A DNA stretch of 47,647 nt, taken from NCBI GenBank assembly GCA_032718475.1, contig JAUCBJ010007858.1:1-47647 (forward strand), written 5' to 3'. The position numbers were made by a program, and so were the translations under genes. A model generated the notes under the pieces. It searched no databases. It saw only the letters and a program-made list of their open reading frames with translations, and was not told the DNA's origin. This document shows, one piece after another, positions 1-11,679 of the stretch. Source of the DNA: Nemertoderma westbladi. Its lineage: Eukaryota; Animalia; Xenacoelomorpha. Every line of letters begins with the position of its first letter. Within the stretch, counting starts at the first letter, position 1.

Positions 1-2876
1 ACTCCACCCTTTGGTAAAGTAGAGACTACGGCTCCAATAACCATGGAACTCTGATATTCGTGCGACTTACCTAACCAGTCCAGTTGTCTACAAATCTCTT
101 GAATTTCATCGGAAAACTCTATAATCCCACTACTAAGGAAGTGTCGGGGGGCTACTAATTTTGCATACAAATACTTAGCTATGTTATCTTTATTACCATA
201 CCTGATGTTTAATGTATCCCAAACTTGTCTTAATCCTTCTGGATGTCCAATAAACTTTAACGCCATTAACTTGGGAGGTCCTTCCAAACACTTGATGAGG
301 AATCTAAGTTTCTCTCCGTTAGATAGTACAGAGTTCTGTATGCTATCTTTGTAATATTCGTTGAAAGGTAACCATTTCATCTCATCTCCATTGAATTTGA
401 CGATCTCTCCCACTTTGACCGCTTGGCGGGCCTCTGTTCTAGCCATCTGGCGCGTAAAGCTTTCTTGGGCCATCGTGTTATTTAATATCGAATTATCGGT
501 ATACAAATTTCTCGGATCATTATCAGGTCTATAGGGAATATCATTAATAACAGGTCTATAATCACCCTTAATAGGGTTTGCTATAGGAGTTTCAACTTCA
601 CTAGCAGTATAGATGCGTGTAGGCTCCACACCTTGCGCATGTAATACTTCAGACCTAACGGGTTGACACAGTGTTACAGGGGGCATTGGTATGCCTTTTT
701 GTATATTGACTAATTTGTCGCGTTCTAGCGCGATACTTTGCTGCACTTCTTGCAACTCTGCTCTACCTTCACTCACTGTTCCCTTAAGTTGGTGGACAGT
801 CTCCTGCATCTGTCCTAGCAGGAGATTCATCCCCCGCCGTCCCTCTTCCACCCACTCAACCGCCGAAGCGGGAGTCGCCAACATAGTAGCGGGCTGACGC
901 GGGACGACGGGAGACAAATTATTGATTTCTCTCTCTGCTATCTGGACAGGGGTATTTGCATGGACTGTTCCACCGGGTACAGGCAGTGTAGTGCTATGTA
1001 AAGGGAATTTAGAGTTAAGCTCTGGAAGTGTAGGGGTCTCTAGCACAGAAGTGACTTTGGGAACTACAGGCCTAATTATTTCAGGTTCATCGACTATAGT
1101 AGGGAGTCTTTTGACCTGGATAAATTGTTCTATGGGTTCTGCACTACCTAAATCTGTGCTAGTTAGCTGTCTTTTAACAGCTGGGGGCAAATCAGGCAAT
1201 TTGCGACGGTAATAGGTTTTTCTACGCCTACTTAGATGAGATCTATTTCCTCCGCCTTCAGGGTCGGTAGTATCGCCTTCCTCCGAGGATGTGTACCCCT
1301 GGCGCTTGGGAGTAGATTTTCTCATCATCTGCATTTGATTAGCAGTAAACTGTTTGTTTATACTGTCTTGTGTCTCTTGCAGATTCTCCAACTCCAGTTG
1401 AGCAGTCTGCTCAAATGCTCTCCTTTCTGCTTCTGCTACTGCCTTTGCCACCGCCTTTGCTGCTTTTCTTTCTGCTTCTGCATCTGCCTTTGCCACCGCC
1501 TTTGCTGCTTTTCTTTCTGCTTCTGCATCTGCAGCCGCTGCCTTTCTTTCTGCTTCTGCATCTGCGGCCGCTGCCTTTCTTTCTGCTTCTGCATCTGCCT
1601 TTGCCACCGCCTTTGCTGCTTTACTTTCTGCTTCTGCATCTGCTATAGCCGCCGCCATAGCCGCCGTTTTTTGTTCCTCTATCCTTCTTTTCTTTATTTG
1701 TTCTTCTCGGACTCTAGTGAGGCGGAGTTTTTCATCACATTCAGCTTGGTTTGCAGCTAACATTTCGGCATCGATTGAGTCTAACACAAGCTTGGTTCCT
1801 TCACTATTAGGGGAAAGTCCAGACAGCCGTCTCCTCAACTCTTCGTCTCCTAGGAATCGCTGATAGTCGGACAAATAAATGTCAATAGCGTCTCTAGTTC
1901 GCGGTTTCTCGGCGGCCTCTTCGCTTTCCGCTTGAGCAAGGGTGACATCAGTTGGTTCGGTGACATCAGTTGGTTCGGTGACATCAGTTGGTTCTTCATA
2001 GGTTGATCTCTCAGCCAGCTGGGATTTCCACTGGGCTGTTTCCTGTACTTTGAGATCTACCCGATGTAGCCAAGTTTTGACAGCAACCTGCAGCGACGTG
2101 TCCTGTCTTCTTTTGGAAGTTTCCTCAAAGGCTGAGAGGATTAGTCGAATGCGTAGGGTTCTTTCGCGTACTTGGTATAGCAGCTCTTCCTGCTCTTGAG
2201 GTCCGTGGGGTTGTCGAAACAGTTGTTCTTCCAATCGCTCCAAGGAGCCGAAGAATCCCTGCACATATCCTGATGCTGACCTCTTCCAAACAGCTGGATC
2301 CATTGTATCTTGTGCCACTCCCATCCTGTGTATATCTTCCCAAGTAGCCTCGGACAGATCCAATGGAAATCCGAGTCCGGGAAAGTTCCATTGTGATTCA
2401 ACAATAGATATCAATTCTTCCCTGGCGTATCCCGCGTAATTATCTTGGGTCGCTTGCTTATTCTTCGCCCAGTCGGCTTGATGTTCTTCCACCGCAATGA
2501 ATATAGTAGTTAGCACTGCAGCAGGAAGAGTAAGAAGGGGGTCCGAGTAGACTGTATCAGACATCTGCACTCCATGTTCGGGAGTCAACTCTACAGTATC
2601 CGAACTGCTGGAGCTATCGGGTCGCTGGGAAGTAGGTTCTTGACCAAGATGTTGCTGCGATAGGACAACTGCCTCTTGGTCCCGTTTTACTTGTGCCCGA
2701 GTGCCTATGATGGACCTATGGTGGACTAGCCTAGGGTCTGATACTACTGGAGGGATGACCTTTTTTACAGTAGGAGGTGAGCCGAACTCCTTTCTTATTC
2801 GCTCCACACTCCTATCTGAATCACAAATTGTTGTATCGATCAGACTATCTGACAGGTTCTGCTGAGTGTCAGACAT
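1..2876 (-). CDS. BEL/Pao Gag(-Pol) N-terminal part, >=958 aa, open off the window edge (absent from the ORF track)
   Basis: ATG at 2876 (MSDTQQNLSDS...), same frame to base 3. Near 410-190 it reads IVKFNGDEMKWLPFNEYYKDSIQNSVLSNGEKLRFLIKCLEGPPK...VWDTLNIRYGN, matching the DUF1759 pattern (PxFxGD..W..F...LS..EK..YL...L.G...W..L..RYG). Confidence 0.85.
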   Translation of the reverse strand, partial: MSDTQQNLSDSLIDTTICDSDRSVERIRKEFGSPPTVKKVIPPVVSDPRLVHHRSIIGTRAQVKRDQEAVVLSQQHLGQEPTSQRPDSSSSSDTVELTPEHGVQMSDTVYSDPLLTLPAAVLTTIFIAVEEHQADWAKNKQATQDNYAGYAREELISIVESQWNFPGLGFPLDLSEATWEDIHRMGVAQDTMDPAVWKRSASGYVQGFFGSLERLEEQLFRQPHGPQEQEELLYQVRERTLRIRLILSAFEETSKRRQDTSLQVAVKTWLHRVDLKVQETAQWKSQLAERSTYEEPTDVTEPTDVTEPTDVTLAQAESEEAAEKPRTRDAIDIYLSDYQRFLGDEELRRRLSGLSPNSEGTKLVLDSIDAEMLAANQAECDEKLRLTRVREEQIKKRRIEEQKTAAMAAAIADAEAESKAAKAVAKADAEAERKAAAADAEAERKAAAADAEAERKAAKAVAKADAEAERKAAKAVAKAVAEAERRAFEQTAQLELENLQETQDSINKQFTANQMQMMRKSTPKRQGYTSSEEGDTTDPEGGGNRSHLSRRRKTYYRRKLPDLPPAVKRQLTSTDLGSAEPIEQFIQVKRLPTIVDEPEIIRPVVPKVTSVLETPTLPELNSKFPLHSTTLPVPGGTVHANTPVQIAEREINNLSPVVPRQPATMLATPASAVEWVEEGRRGMNLLLGQMQETVHQLKGTVSEGRAELQEVQQSIALERDKLVNIQKGIPMPPVTLCQPVRSEVLHAQGVEPTRIYTASEVETPIANPIKGDYRPVINDIPYRPDNDPRNLYTDNSILNNTMAQESFTRQMARTEARQAVKVGEIVKFNGDEMKWLPFNEYYKDSIQNSVLSNGEKLRFLIKCLEGPPKLMALKFIGHPEGLRQVWDTLNIRYGNKDNIAKYLYAKLVAPRHFLSSGIIEFSDEIQEICRQLDWLGKSHEYQSSMVIGAVVSTLPKGG

Positions 2877-4240
2877 GTTTAGTTATACAGTTGAATGTCT
2901 ACTACTATAGTTTCAGTTAAAGCAAGTCTGGTAATTCAGTATGACCGCAAGCCTAGCGATTTATTACCGGTACCGTTACTCGGTGTAACGTGATATATAC
3001 ACAATATATTAGAATACCGGTATGCTTATAATATATAAGTATTATTACAGACTAGATTTGTCACAGAGTACCGGTATATAAATTTAGCACAAATATATAT
3101 ATATATATAGTAGGCCTATAATGAATACCGGTATACAGCTTACACTTACAGCATGTAAGTATAATTATGAACTAGAATTAATTACAGAGTACCGGTATGA
3201 TTTCAGCTCAAATTTATAGAGATAAATATAATAAGCCTATAGTGAGTACCGGTATGTCAATTATTTTAGAATAATTGAATCTCTGAATATTTTAGGGCTA
3301 CTTAGTTACTTTAACTTACTTTGTTACCGTTATTTAAGCAGTAGTCCAACTGATAGTGAGACCTAGTTTTTGTGTGACAGGCCTACTATTTATAAATCGT
3401 TTGATTTGATTTATAATATTTATATACCCGTTACATGGGTTTTGTCAATATTTGAAATAAATGTTATTATTTCTGGGGGAGTCACTACACAGAAGCTGAA
3501 CGCCTCTCAGTGAAGTACTATTTATTTGACACTAAAACTGATAATTCTAATTTACCTAAGTTACTTAATACTACAAATTACTTACGATACGGGTGAGATT
3601 AATTCTCTAATTAAACACAACAAAATATTACGTACGAAATTTTTAGGGTAATTTTACAGGAAGTCTACCAACCAGTCCAACAAAGGGTTAGATTTCTGGT
3701 TATTACAAAGGACAGGGTACTACGGTATTTAAATAATAAGTAGTAGTAAATATATTGTACTGTCCAGATAGGAAAATACCACCGCCTGACGACCTATAAC
3801 CGTATCGCTATAGGTACTACGTTATGTATCACGGATTGTTCCTACCCAGAAGCTAATAGAGCTAACGAATGTGCCCATCAACCACTTTACAACACAAATA
3901 TACTGCCTACACTAATTACTTCGGAAAGCACTGTACACTAAACCCTAAATTAGGTACAAGTACCGGTATAACAAATAATCAGTAGTTAAATATACTTGAA
4001 CAGTTAAAAGAACCACGGCATCTGCTGGAGTGACCGAAGCACAAAGTCGTCAGTCTTTACCTACGCCAAGCAGCCCTGATGTAGTACCGGGGTTAGTTTA
4101 ACTATAACGGTATGTGTAACAAACACAATTACTGTAGGAATAAACTTGGGGACATGAATGTTGCGAATAATCGCATAAACTCTGAATAATAAATATTACG
4201 CTACCCGTACAGAATACTCAAACAAATACAAACCAAAACG

Positions 4241-4750
4241 CTGGCAGACTACTATCAAGCCTAAACAAACTACAATATGTGCAGATTCTGAAACTGTTAG
4301 TTAGTATGCGTTCTAACACGGTAGTACGACTTATTCTTTAAGAGGGGATTGACCTTACCGCATATGGCTGCCCCAACTTACTAACGGTACTTTATCAGAC
4401 CAACTCTACACACGCAGCAATTCCTTCAGGCCTAAGAATAGCTAGACAACAATCCAGCCTACAAATATTTGAGTAATAACTATTACGGTACCTGAACAGA
4501 CCACACAAACAAGCACAGGCTAAAACACTGGCAGACTACGATCAAGCCTAAATAAACTACAGTATATGCAGACTCTGAAACTGTTAGTTAGTATGCGTTC
4601 TAACACGGTAGTACGACTTATTCTTTAAGAGGGGATTGACCTTACCGCATATGGCTGCCCCAACTTACTAACGGCACTTTATCAGACAAACTCTACACAC
4701 GCCGCAATCTCTCCAAACTCAACAACAGTCAGACAGCAGCTCAGCCTACA
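4241..4750. repeat. Tandem duplication (~287-bp period) in the retrotransposon leader
   Basis: CTGGCAGACTAC...GAAACTGTTAGTTAGTATGCGTTCTAACACGG...CCCCAACTTACTAACGG occurs at ~4241 and ~4527, nearly identical over ~180 bp. Confidence 0.9.
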
Positions 4751-5056
4751 ATTATCTGAACAATCTGAGCAGGGTCACACGCCTTCTGCTCAATATTAGC
4801 CTACTAGTAAATAAAACCGACAGAAATAAGTAGAATCTCAAATAAAAAATCAGGGCGGCCGTTCCCTGATTAAGTACCAAGACCTACCGGTATACAACAA
4901 TCAAAATCGAATAATACTAATGTACTTGTACAGCAGTACCGGTACTGGTGATGACAGTTAGGCCTACTGACCTACAAAAGCACCGGTTCAGTTTTACCAG
5001 TCACTACGGTAGTTTGCAACCTTATTGCCTACTGCAATAAGATAATAAACTGTTAC

Positions 5057-6300
5057 TGTTCGCGCTTTTGAAGACCTTTAGCAGTTTAACCTGCCAAAAT
5101 TTATATGTCTTTTAGTTAATTAAAACCACTTTAGCATACGACAATATTTTATGCTAATACGCAAAACATTAGCCGAAGGCAGCCCATGCGCGATCATTCA
5201 CCCGATGGATCTACACCCGGGAGGCTGAATTCGGATGCTTGAATTTTATTATTGCAGTGTAAGGTTGCAGTGTATACCTACTATATTATTCGATAGATCG
5301 TTAATAATTAATCTCTGACAGATATTATTGGCTTTCGGGAAATATTAACAGTTCCTTTAGGACGTGGCGCTTTATCTATTTAAACAGAACTAAGACTTAT
5401 ACTAAAACGCAACGATACTGCTTATGATTAAAGTATAAAGCGTATTCTTTAGGAAATACTTTGTTACCAATCACGATCATACACACTATTCTGCCGACAG
5501 TCAGTATATTTGATCACACATAAAGAGAGCAGTAATTGACTCACGTAGGGTCTGCTAAATAACATTGGATTCAATACACACCACATTAATATAAATCGCA
5601 ATTGTTATGTATAACCGGTCTCTCTAACCTGTAGTGTATCAAGAAAATTGGGAATTTGGGTGATTTATCCGTATTATCCAAAGAGCAATATTTCCATCAA
5701 CAAATAGGTACAATTAATAACTGACGGTAAAATAACAGTACAAACAATATGATTAATGCAATTAAATTAAGTAAGTATGTTAAGATGCGTTAAGGTTCGA
5801 TTCGTTAAGGTAACAGTTTATACTTTCGATAATTCAAGCAGTTTACTAGAGTTCTTACCGAAAGGCCGGTGTTTCTGGCTTAGACAGCAATAACAACAAA
5901 GTATCAAGTAAGAAACTGTAAGACTGAACAGTCTCCTTATGATCGGCTGAAAAGCTACACGTCGACAGGAAAAATCGCTCTGATTGGCTCAAGCCAAACA
6001 AAGAACCATGCGTCCAATGGCTGTTTCCATGTCAGCAACCAGCTGTTAGATGTCGTAATATGAATCATCACGGCTAAGCTGTGAAAGGTAGTTGGTGCAT
6101 TACAGGTTTTTGCCTTACCATGTCCGCTAAAACACGTATATAGCAGAATTACTTTTATGTCCGTTAAAACACCTGTAACGGTACCTTGCGGGCGAGGGGA
6201 ATATATATACAGTTAGAGAACCCTTTTAGAGTATTCCAGCGCCTGGGGGGAACTGGCCAGCAAAGGCAAACGTATCAGTTATCCCACAAAAGCTTTTACA
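5057..6300 (-). repeat. 5' LTR (~1244 bp)
   Basis: Minus strand begins TGTAAAAGCTTTTGTGGGATAACTGAT and ends GCGCGAACA. Both ends and internal blocks match 31638-32841. AATAAA-like signal near 5245-5250. Confidence 0.85.
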
Positions 6301-7438
6301 GCTGCACTTTACATTGTGTGTCTTTATTACGGACGGATTACTCTATGATGGCTGCACTATACATTGTCTGTCTATACTCACAACTGATTACTCTATGATG
6401 GCTGCACTATACCTTGTGTGTCTTTATTACGGACGGATTACTCTATGATGGCTGCACTATACATTGTGTGTTTATACTCACAACTGATTACTCTATGATG
6501 GCTGCACTATACATTGTGTGTCTATACTCACAACTGATTACTCTATGATGGCTGCACTATACATTGTATGTCTATACTCACAACTGATTACTCTATGATG
6601 GCTGCACTATACATTGTGTGTCTATATTACGGACGGATTACTCTATGATGGCTGCACACTATACATTGTGTGTCTATACTCACAACTGATTACTCTATGA
6701 TGGCTGCACTATACATTGTGTGTCTTTATTACGGACGGATTACTCTATGATGGCTGCACTATACATTGTGTGTCTATACTCACAACTGATTACTCTATGA
6801 TGGCTGCACTATACATTGTGTGTCTATACTCACAACTGATTACTCTATGATGGCTGCACTATACTATACATTGTGTGTCTATATTCCGGATGGATTACTC
6901 TATGATGGCTGCACTATACATTGTGTGTCTATACTCACAACTGATTACTCTATGATGGCTGCACTATACTATACATTGTGTGTCTATATTCCGGATGGAT
7001 TACTCTATGATGGCTGCGCTATACATTGTGTGTCTATACTCACAACTGATTATTCTATGATGGCTGCACTATACATTGTGTGTCTATACTCACAACTGAT
7101 TACTCTATGATGGCTGCACTATACTATACATTGTGTGTCTATATTCCGGATGGATTACTCTATGAGGGCTGCACACTATACATTGTGTGTCTTTATTACG
7201 GACGGATTACTCTATGATGGCTGCACTATACATTGTGTGTCTATACTCACAACTGATTATTCTATGATGGCTGCACTATACATTGTGTGTCTATACTCAC
7301 AACTGATTACTCTATGATGGCTGCACTATACTATACATTGTGTGTCTATATTCCGGATGGATTACTCTATGAGGGCTGCACTATACATTGTGTGTCTTTA
7401 TTACGGACGGATTAATCTTATGATGGCTGCACTATACA
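6301..7438. repeat. Minisatellite array 1, 50-bp unit, ~22-23 copies
   Basis: Unit GATGGCTGCACTATACATTGTGTGTCTATACTCACAACTGATTACTCTAT, with interspersed variants carrying TTTATTACGGACGG or TATATTCCGGATGG. Confidence 0.97.
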
Positions 7439-8046
7439 TTTTTTTTTTAAACAGGTAGTGCGTATATTAGAACAACTTAGCAGGCATATTAATTAAATTT
7501 ACAATATTGATTATAGTGTATAGGAATACGTATGCCTGCCTATATCCAGTTGCTGGGTAATATATAAAAATATTAACGTTCTCATATTGCAATTTGCAAT
7601 GTTACAAACCGGTAAATGTGTAATTAATTAATATAGATTGGTAAACGACAATACTAACATTACAAATTAATATTACTTAACAGTTAACTAAGATTGAGGT
7701 ACTAATGCATCCCTGCTAGGGTTAGAAAAGTTATATAAAATGCTATAAAACGCAAATTCATCTCTTCAGTTTAGACGTTCATGAGACCTTCCACTCTACA
7801 AGTATTTTCAAGAATACCTTTGAAATTATTATATTTCCAATAAAAAATTTTTAGTTGAATCTACCAGTGCCTGAGATGAACTGTCCAAGTTCCTCTACAA
7901 GCTTAGGTTGTTTAGAAAGTGGTACACCACGGCCCTGTAGAAAAGCTTCGATGTTTGTGGTTATTCCAGCTGATTGTAGTTTTTGTATTGATTGTAGATT
8001 TATAGTTTTTGCCGATGGGTGGAATAGGAAGGGCAGTGAAGAAGGT

Positions 8047-10086
8047 TTAGTGCTGGGCGTCCTCAGTTACGCCACAACCGCCGCAAGCTGGAGATTCACT
8101 GAGGTGTCGACTTACCATGTCAGCACCTAAGTTACTACATCCAAGCCGCATTTGGCATAGGCGTACCTGTGTAATTCTAGACCCGAGGTGCGTATATGGA
8201 TTTATAGTAGGTGAAGAAAATAACCTAGATCGAAACAGTGTGATCGGGAGTTGGCGTATTGCGATTGGTAGGGAGTTCCACTTTCTGATCGTCGCGGGAA
8301 AAAATGATTTATTGTATAGTTCTTTCCGCGTCGGTATCAACGAGATGTCAATCGCATTGCGCAATGGGTATCTGTATTGACTGGCCTCGCCAACTGATGG
8401 TGGCAGCAGTCGTGACAGGTAGCCAGGGGCAAGGCCATTCACAATATTGTAGAAATATAATAGGCAGTTGGCATTTCTACGATCTGATAATTTTTGTATG
8501 CCACACTCGTCATACAATTTATAATGAGATGTACCACGTGGTGCCCCAGTGGCCGTTCTCAAAATATCCAACGCAATCTGGTCCAGCAATTCTGAATTTT
8601 CGTCAGAGATACCGGACCAGACAGGGCTGGCGTATTCTAGTGTTGGTCTAATGAAACATTTGTATATTTGTATAATATATTTTTTTGGGATGAGATATTT
8701 CGATTTCTTTAATGCCGCAACTGACATTGAGACTCTACTGATAATCGTATGCATGTGATCTGTAAAGTTAAAAGTGGATGAGAAGGTGACACCTAAATGT
8801 TTGTGAGACTCTACCATAGGTAGGGCAGTATTATTGTAATAGACTGGCAAAGTCTGGTATGGGATACTACCAGCCATTGTCATTACTACTGTTTTGGATG
8901 GGTTAATTGTAACAAGCCATTTAAGTGCCCACTCATGAAGTGAACAGAGGTCTGTGTTTATAAAATGGGCCCTAACTGAAGGATGCTGTAATCGAGTGTA
9001 CAATGACGTATCATCTGCAAAAAGTGATACCGTGGATTTCAATGCATCGATTAAATCATCGATATAAATAAGGAATAGCAGCGGACCCAAGATGCTGCCT
9101 TGCGGCACGCCTGCTAAAATAAGCATATATACAGATGCAACGCCATCGAGTACAACCCGCTGGTAACGTCCCGACAGGTAACTTGCAAACCAACCTAGCA
9201 ACCTCCCACGAATCCCAATTCGTTCTAGCTTGTGCAATAGGCCTTGATGCCATACACGGTCAAACGCTTTCGATACATCACAGAAAATAATCTGTGACAC
9301 ATCGCCGTCGTCCCATGCACGGCACCAGTCATCGTAAAGTTGTAGTAAACGGTACACACAACCATCTCCAGATATAAAACCAGACTGATGTTCAGAAAGT
9401 TTATAACGTAGAAATTCCCAGAGATGTTTACGAACGACAGTTTCAAATACCTTGTATAAAATGCAGAGCAATGAAATTGGCCGATAGTTGGAGCAATAGT
9501 ATGTTTCGTTCTTCTTAAAGACTGGGCTTACGTTAGAGTATTTCCAAAGGGAGGGAAATGTTGATGTTAGTAATGAGATATTAAATATCACTGTTAGCAA
9601 TGAGGATATACTTGTACGTATAGCTTTGATTACCTTGGGGCCAATGCCGTCTGGACCAGACGCTTTATCAGATGACAAACTAGTTAGTGATTCCAGAACG
9701 TCTTCCTCACTAATTGTTATATTTTCTAAGATGGTAATATTTTCATTTTCATAGTCCAGTATAGGCAGAGGGTTCAATGGAGATGGTAGTTTTGTTTGAT
9801 CAATAAAGAAGTTATTTAAGAGTTCAGCTTTTGCACTAGCCTCAACAAGATATGTATTGTTTTCAATTAGGAATGGTATATTAGTAACTTTTGTTTTCCC
9901 AAGGGTATTCTTTGCGAAAGAATACCACTCTTTTTGTGTCATTTGACCACTAGTACTTAGCTTATCATACATTTTACGATTGTATGCATTTTTTGCAATC
10001 CGCACTTGTTGAATAACATGATTTCTAAGTCTGCGATATTCGTTCCACTCAATTGAATCATCTTGCTTTTTTATGGCATTTCTCAC
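8047..10086 (-). pseudogene. LINE ORF2 reverse transcriptase portion
   Basis: Motifs KASGPDGI, NYRPISLL, CDVSKAFDRVWH, GVPQGSILGP, LFADDT, HLGVTF. Ends CGGCG..EDAQH at a premature stop. Separated from the endonuclease portion by a frameshift near 10060-10086. Confidence 0.92.
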
Positions 10087-11440
10087 GTTTTCTAAAAAGT
10101 TGACGCAGAAGTGGTGTGATCCATTTAGGATCGGTTGATCGTGATTTTACTACTTTATTAGGTATAAACTTGTTAATTCCCTCCTTAAGGCAATCATTTA
10201 ATTTTTGTGCTATTTCGTTAGGATCTCTACTGTCTATAGCCGAAGTAAAGTCGTAACCCGAAATAAATAACGAACAACTTTCCCAATTTGCTTTAGCAAA
10301 ATCAAATATGGATCTGCTGTATAAAGGTGGAGGTTTAATTTCACAATTAATTGTTATATAAACAGGTTTGTGATCTGAAATGAAACCTCCATCCTCATAC
10401 TGCAGGAGAGGGTGGGTGCCATAGTCCAGAGTTAGTGCAGGTTTGTCAGAGAACACCAAGTCTAAGCAGGTGTTGCTAATGGGACGAGTTACTTCATGAA
10501 TGTATTGTGTAAATCCTGTTTGTGCAGCAAATTGCTGGACTGGTAGAGAATCGCCAGATAAACAGTTACTATTAAAATCGCCTGATACGACAATACAATC
10601 GTAATTATTTGATTTTCTTATATCTTCAATTACCTCTGACAGTTTCCCCCAAAATGGCGGCGTTGATGGCACATAAACAGAAATAACCATAAATTTTAAC
10701 TTGCAATGGTAGATTTCAATGAAAATAGCATCCATGGTGCTATTCTCGAACGATGTCCTCCGTTTGTGAGGGATACTTTCCTTAATCAGTACCCCCACAA
10801 TTCCATAGTTATCACTACGTAGCGTACTATAGAATTTAGATGGAGATGTATTTAACTTGTCTTTATTTTTATTTTCGGATGAATTATTAAACCATATTTC
10901 ATTTAGGCAAAAGATATCAATACCAAGATCACATGCTGTTTGATAAATGCTGTCAATTTTCTCCATTGATACGATGTTGCTAGGTGGTATCCTTGGTAGT
11001 AGACTACGAACATTTAACTGGTAAATAGAAAATGGTCCAGGGTTAGATTGAACATCACCTGATAGATCAATAATATTTTTTGTGTAATGATAATTCTCGC
11101 CTGGTTTCAAATGAAACGTTTCAGTACAGCTGATCTGTTTGTGTTTATATGGCCGAGGACAGCCACTGCTGGGCACGTCCGTAGACGAGCAGGGGCATCT
11201 CCAGCAACGGCCACACACGGCCCCAACTGGCCTCAAAGCCAGCGGTAAAATGGAAGGTATTAACCCTAACGTCTCACCAATATGTCGAGATGAACTACAT
11301 AGTATCTGAGTATTACTGTGGTGAGCAGTAATACAATAATAGAGTTTAGGAGCAGGATGCAAAAGTAACACAAGGTAGAGTGATAGTAAAGCAAAAAATA
11401 ATGCACAATGTCGATTAGCAATCATTATAAGCATAAACAA
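10058..11440 (-). pseudogene. LINE ORF2 APE-endonuclease portion with an upstream 2A-like motif
   Basis: Motifs QLNVRSL, CLNEIW, SGDFN, TRP...CLDLVF, SDHKP; SGDVQSNPGP precedes the endonuclease. Confidence 0.9.
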
Positions 11441-11679
11441 TTCAGCAATTTGTCTGACGGTTATGTAATATGTTTATAATTGATGCTAGGCTAGAAAGGT
11501 AAAATTAATACGTGTAAATGTGTTAAATGTGTATTAGGGTGGTCCACAAATGTACAAAAAACACTCCATTTGTGGACTACCCCAATGTGTATAGATAGAT
11601 AGATAGGTATATATATATATACAAAATGCAATACATGCATGTATCGCATCAATAGTACTTTTAACAATATTTCGTAATT

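Larger units (their letters stand above)
1..6300 (-). mobile_element. BEL/Pao LTR retrotransposon, 5' part (5' LTR, ~2.2 kb leader, gag); continues beyond the window start
   Basis: DUF1759-like gag ORF downstream of a TGT...ACA LTR whose boundaries are fixed by the homologous solo LTR at 31638-32841. Confidence 0.85.

Noticed and set aside
1236-1760. Cys/Phe- and Leu-rich + strand ORFs
   Set aside because: Antisense shadows of the Ala/Glu/Lys repeat in the minus-strand Gag.
5075-5097. TGGCAGGTTAAAC (minus strand) as a tRNA PBS
   Set aside because: It is also present inside the TSD-bounded solo LTR ~38 nt before the ACA terminus, so it is part of U5.
6301-7438. CRISPR-like repeat/spacer array
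   Set aside because: The variable segment has only three recurring states, there are no unique spacers or cas genes, and the context is eukaryotic.
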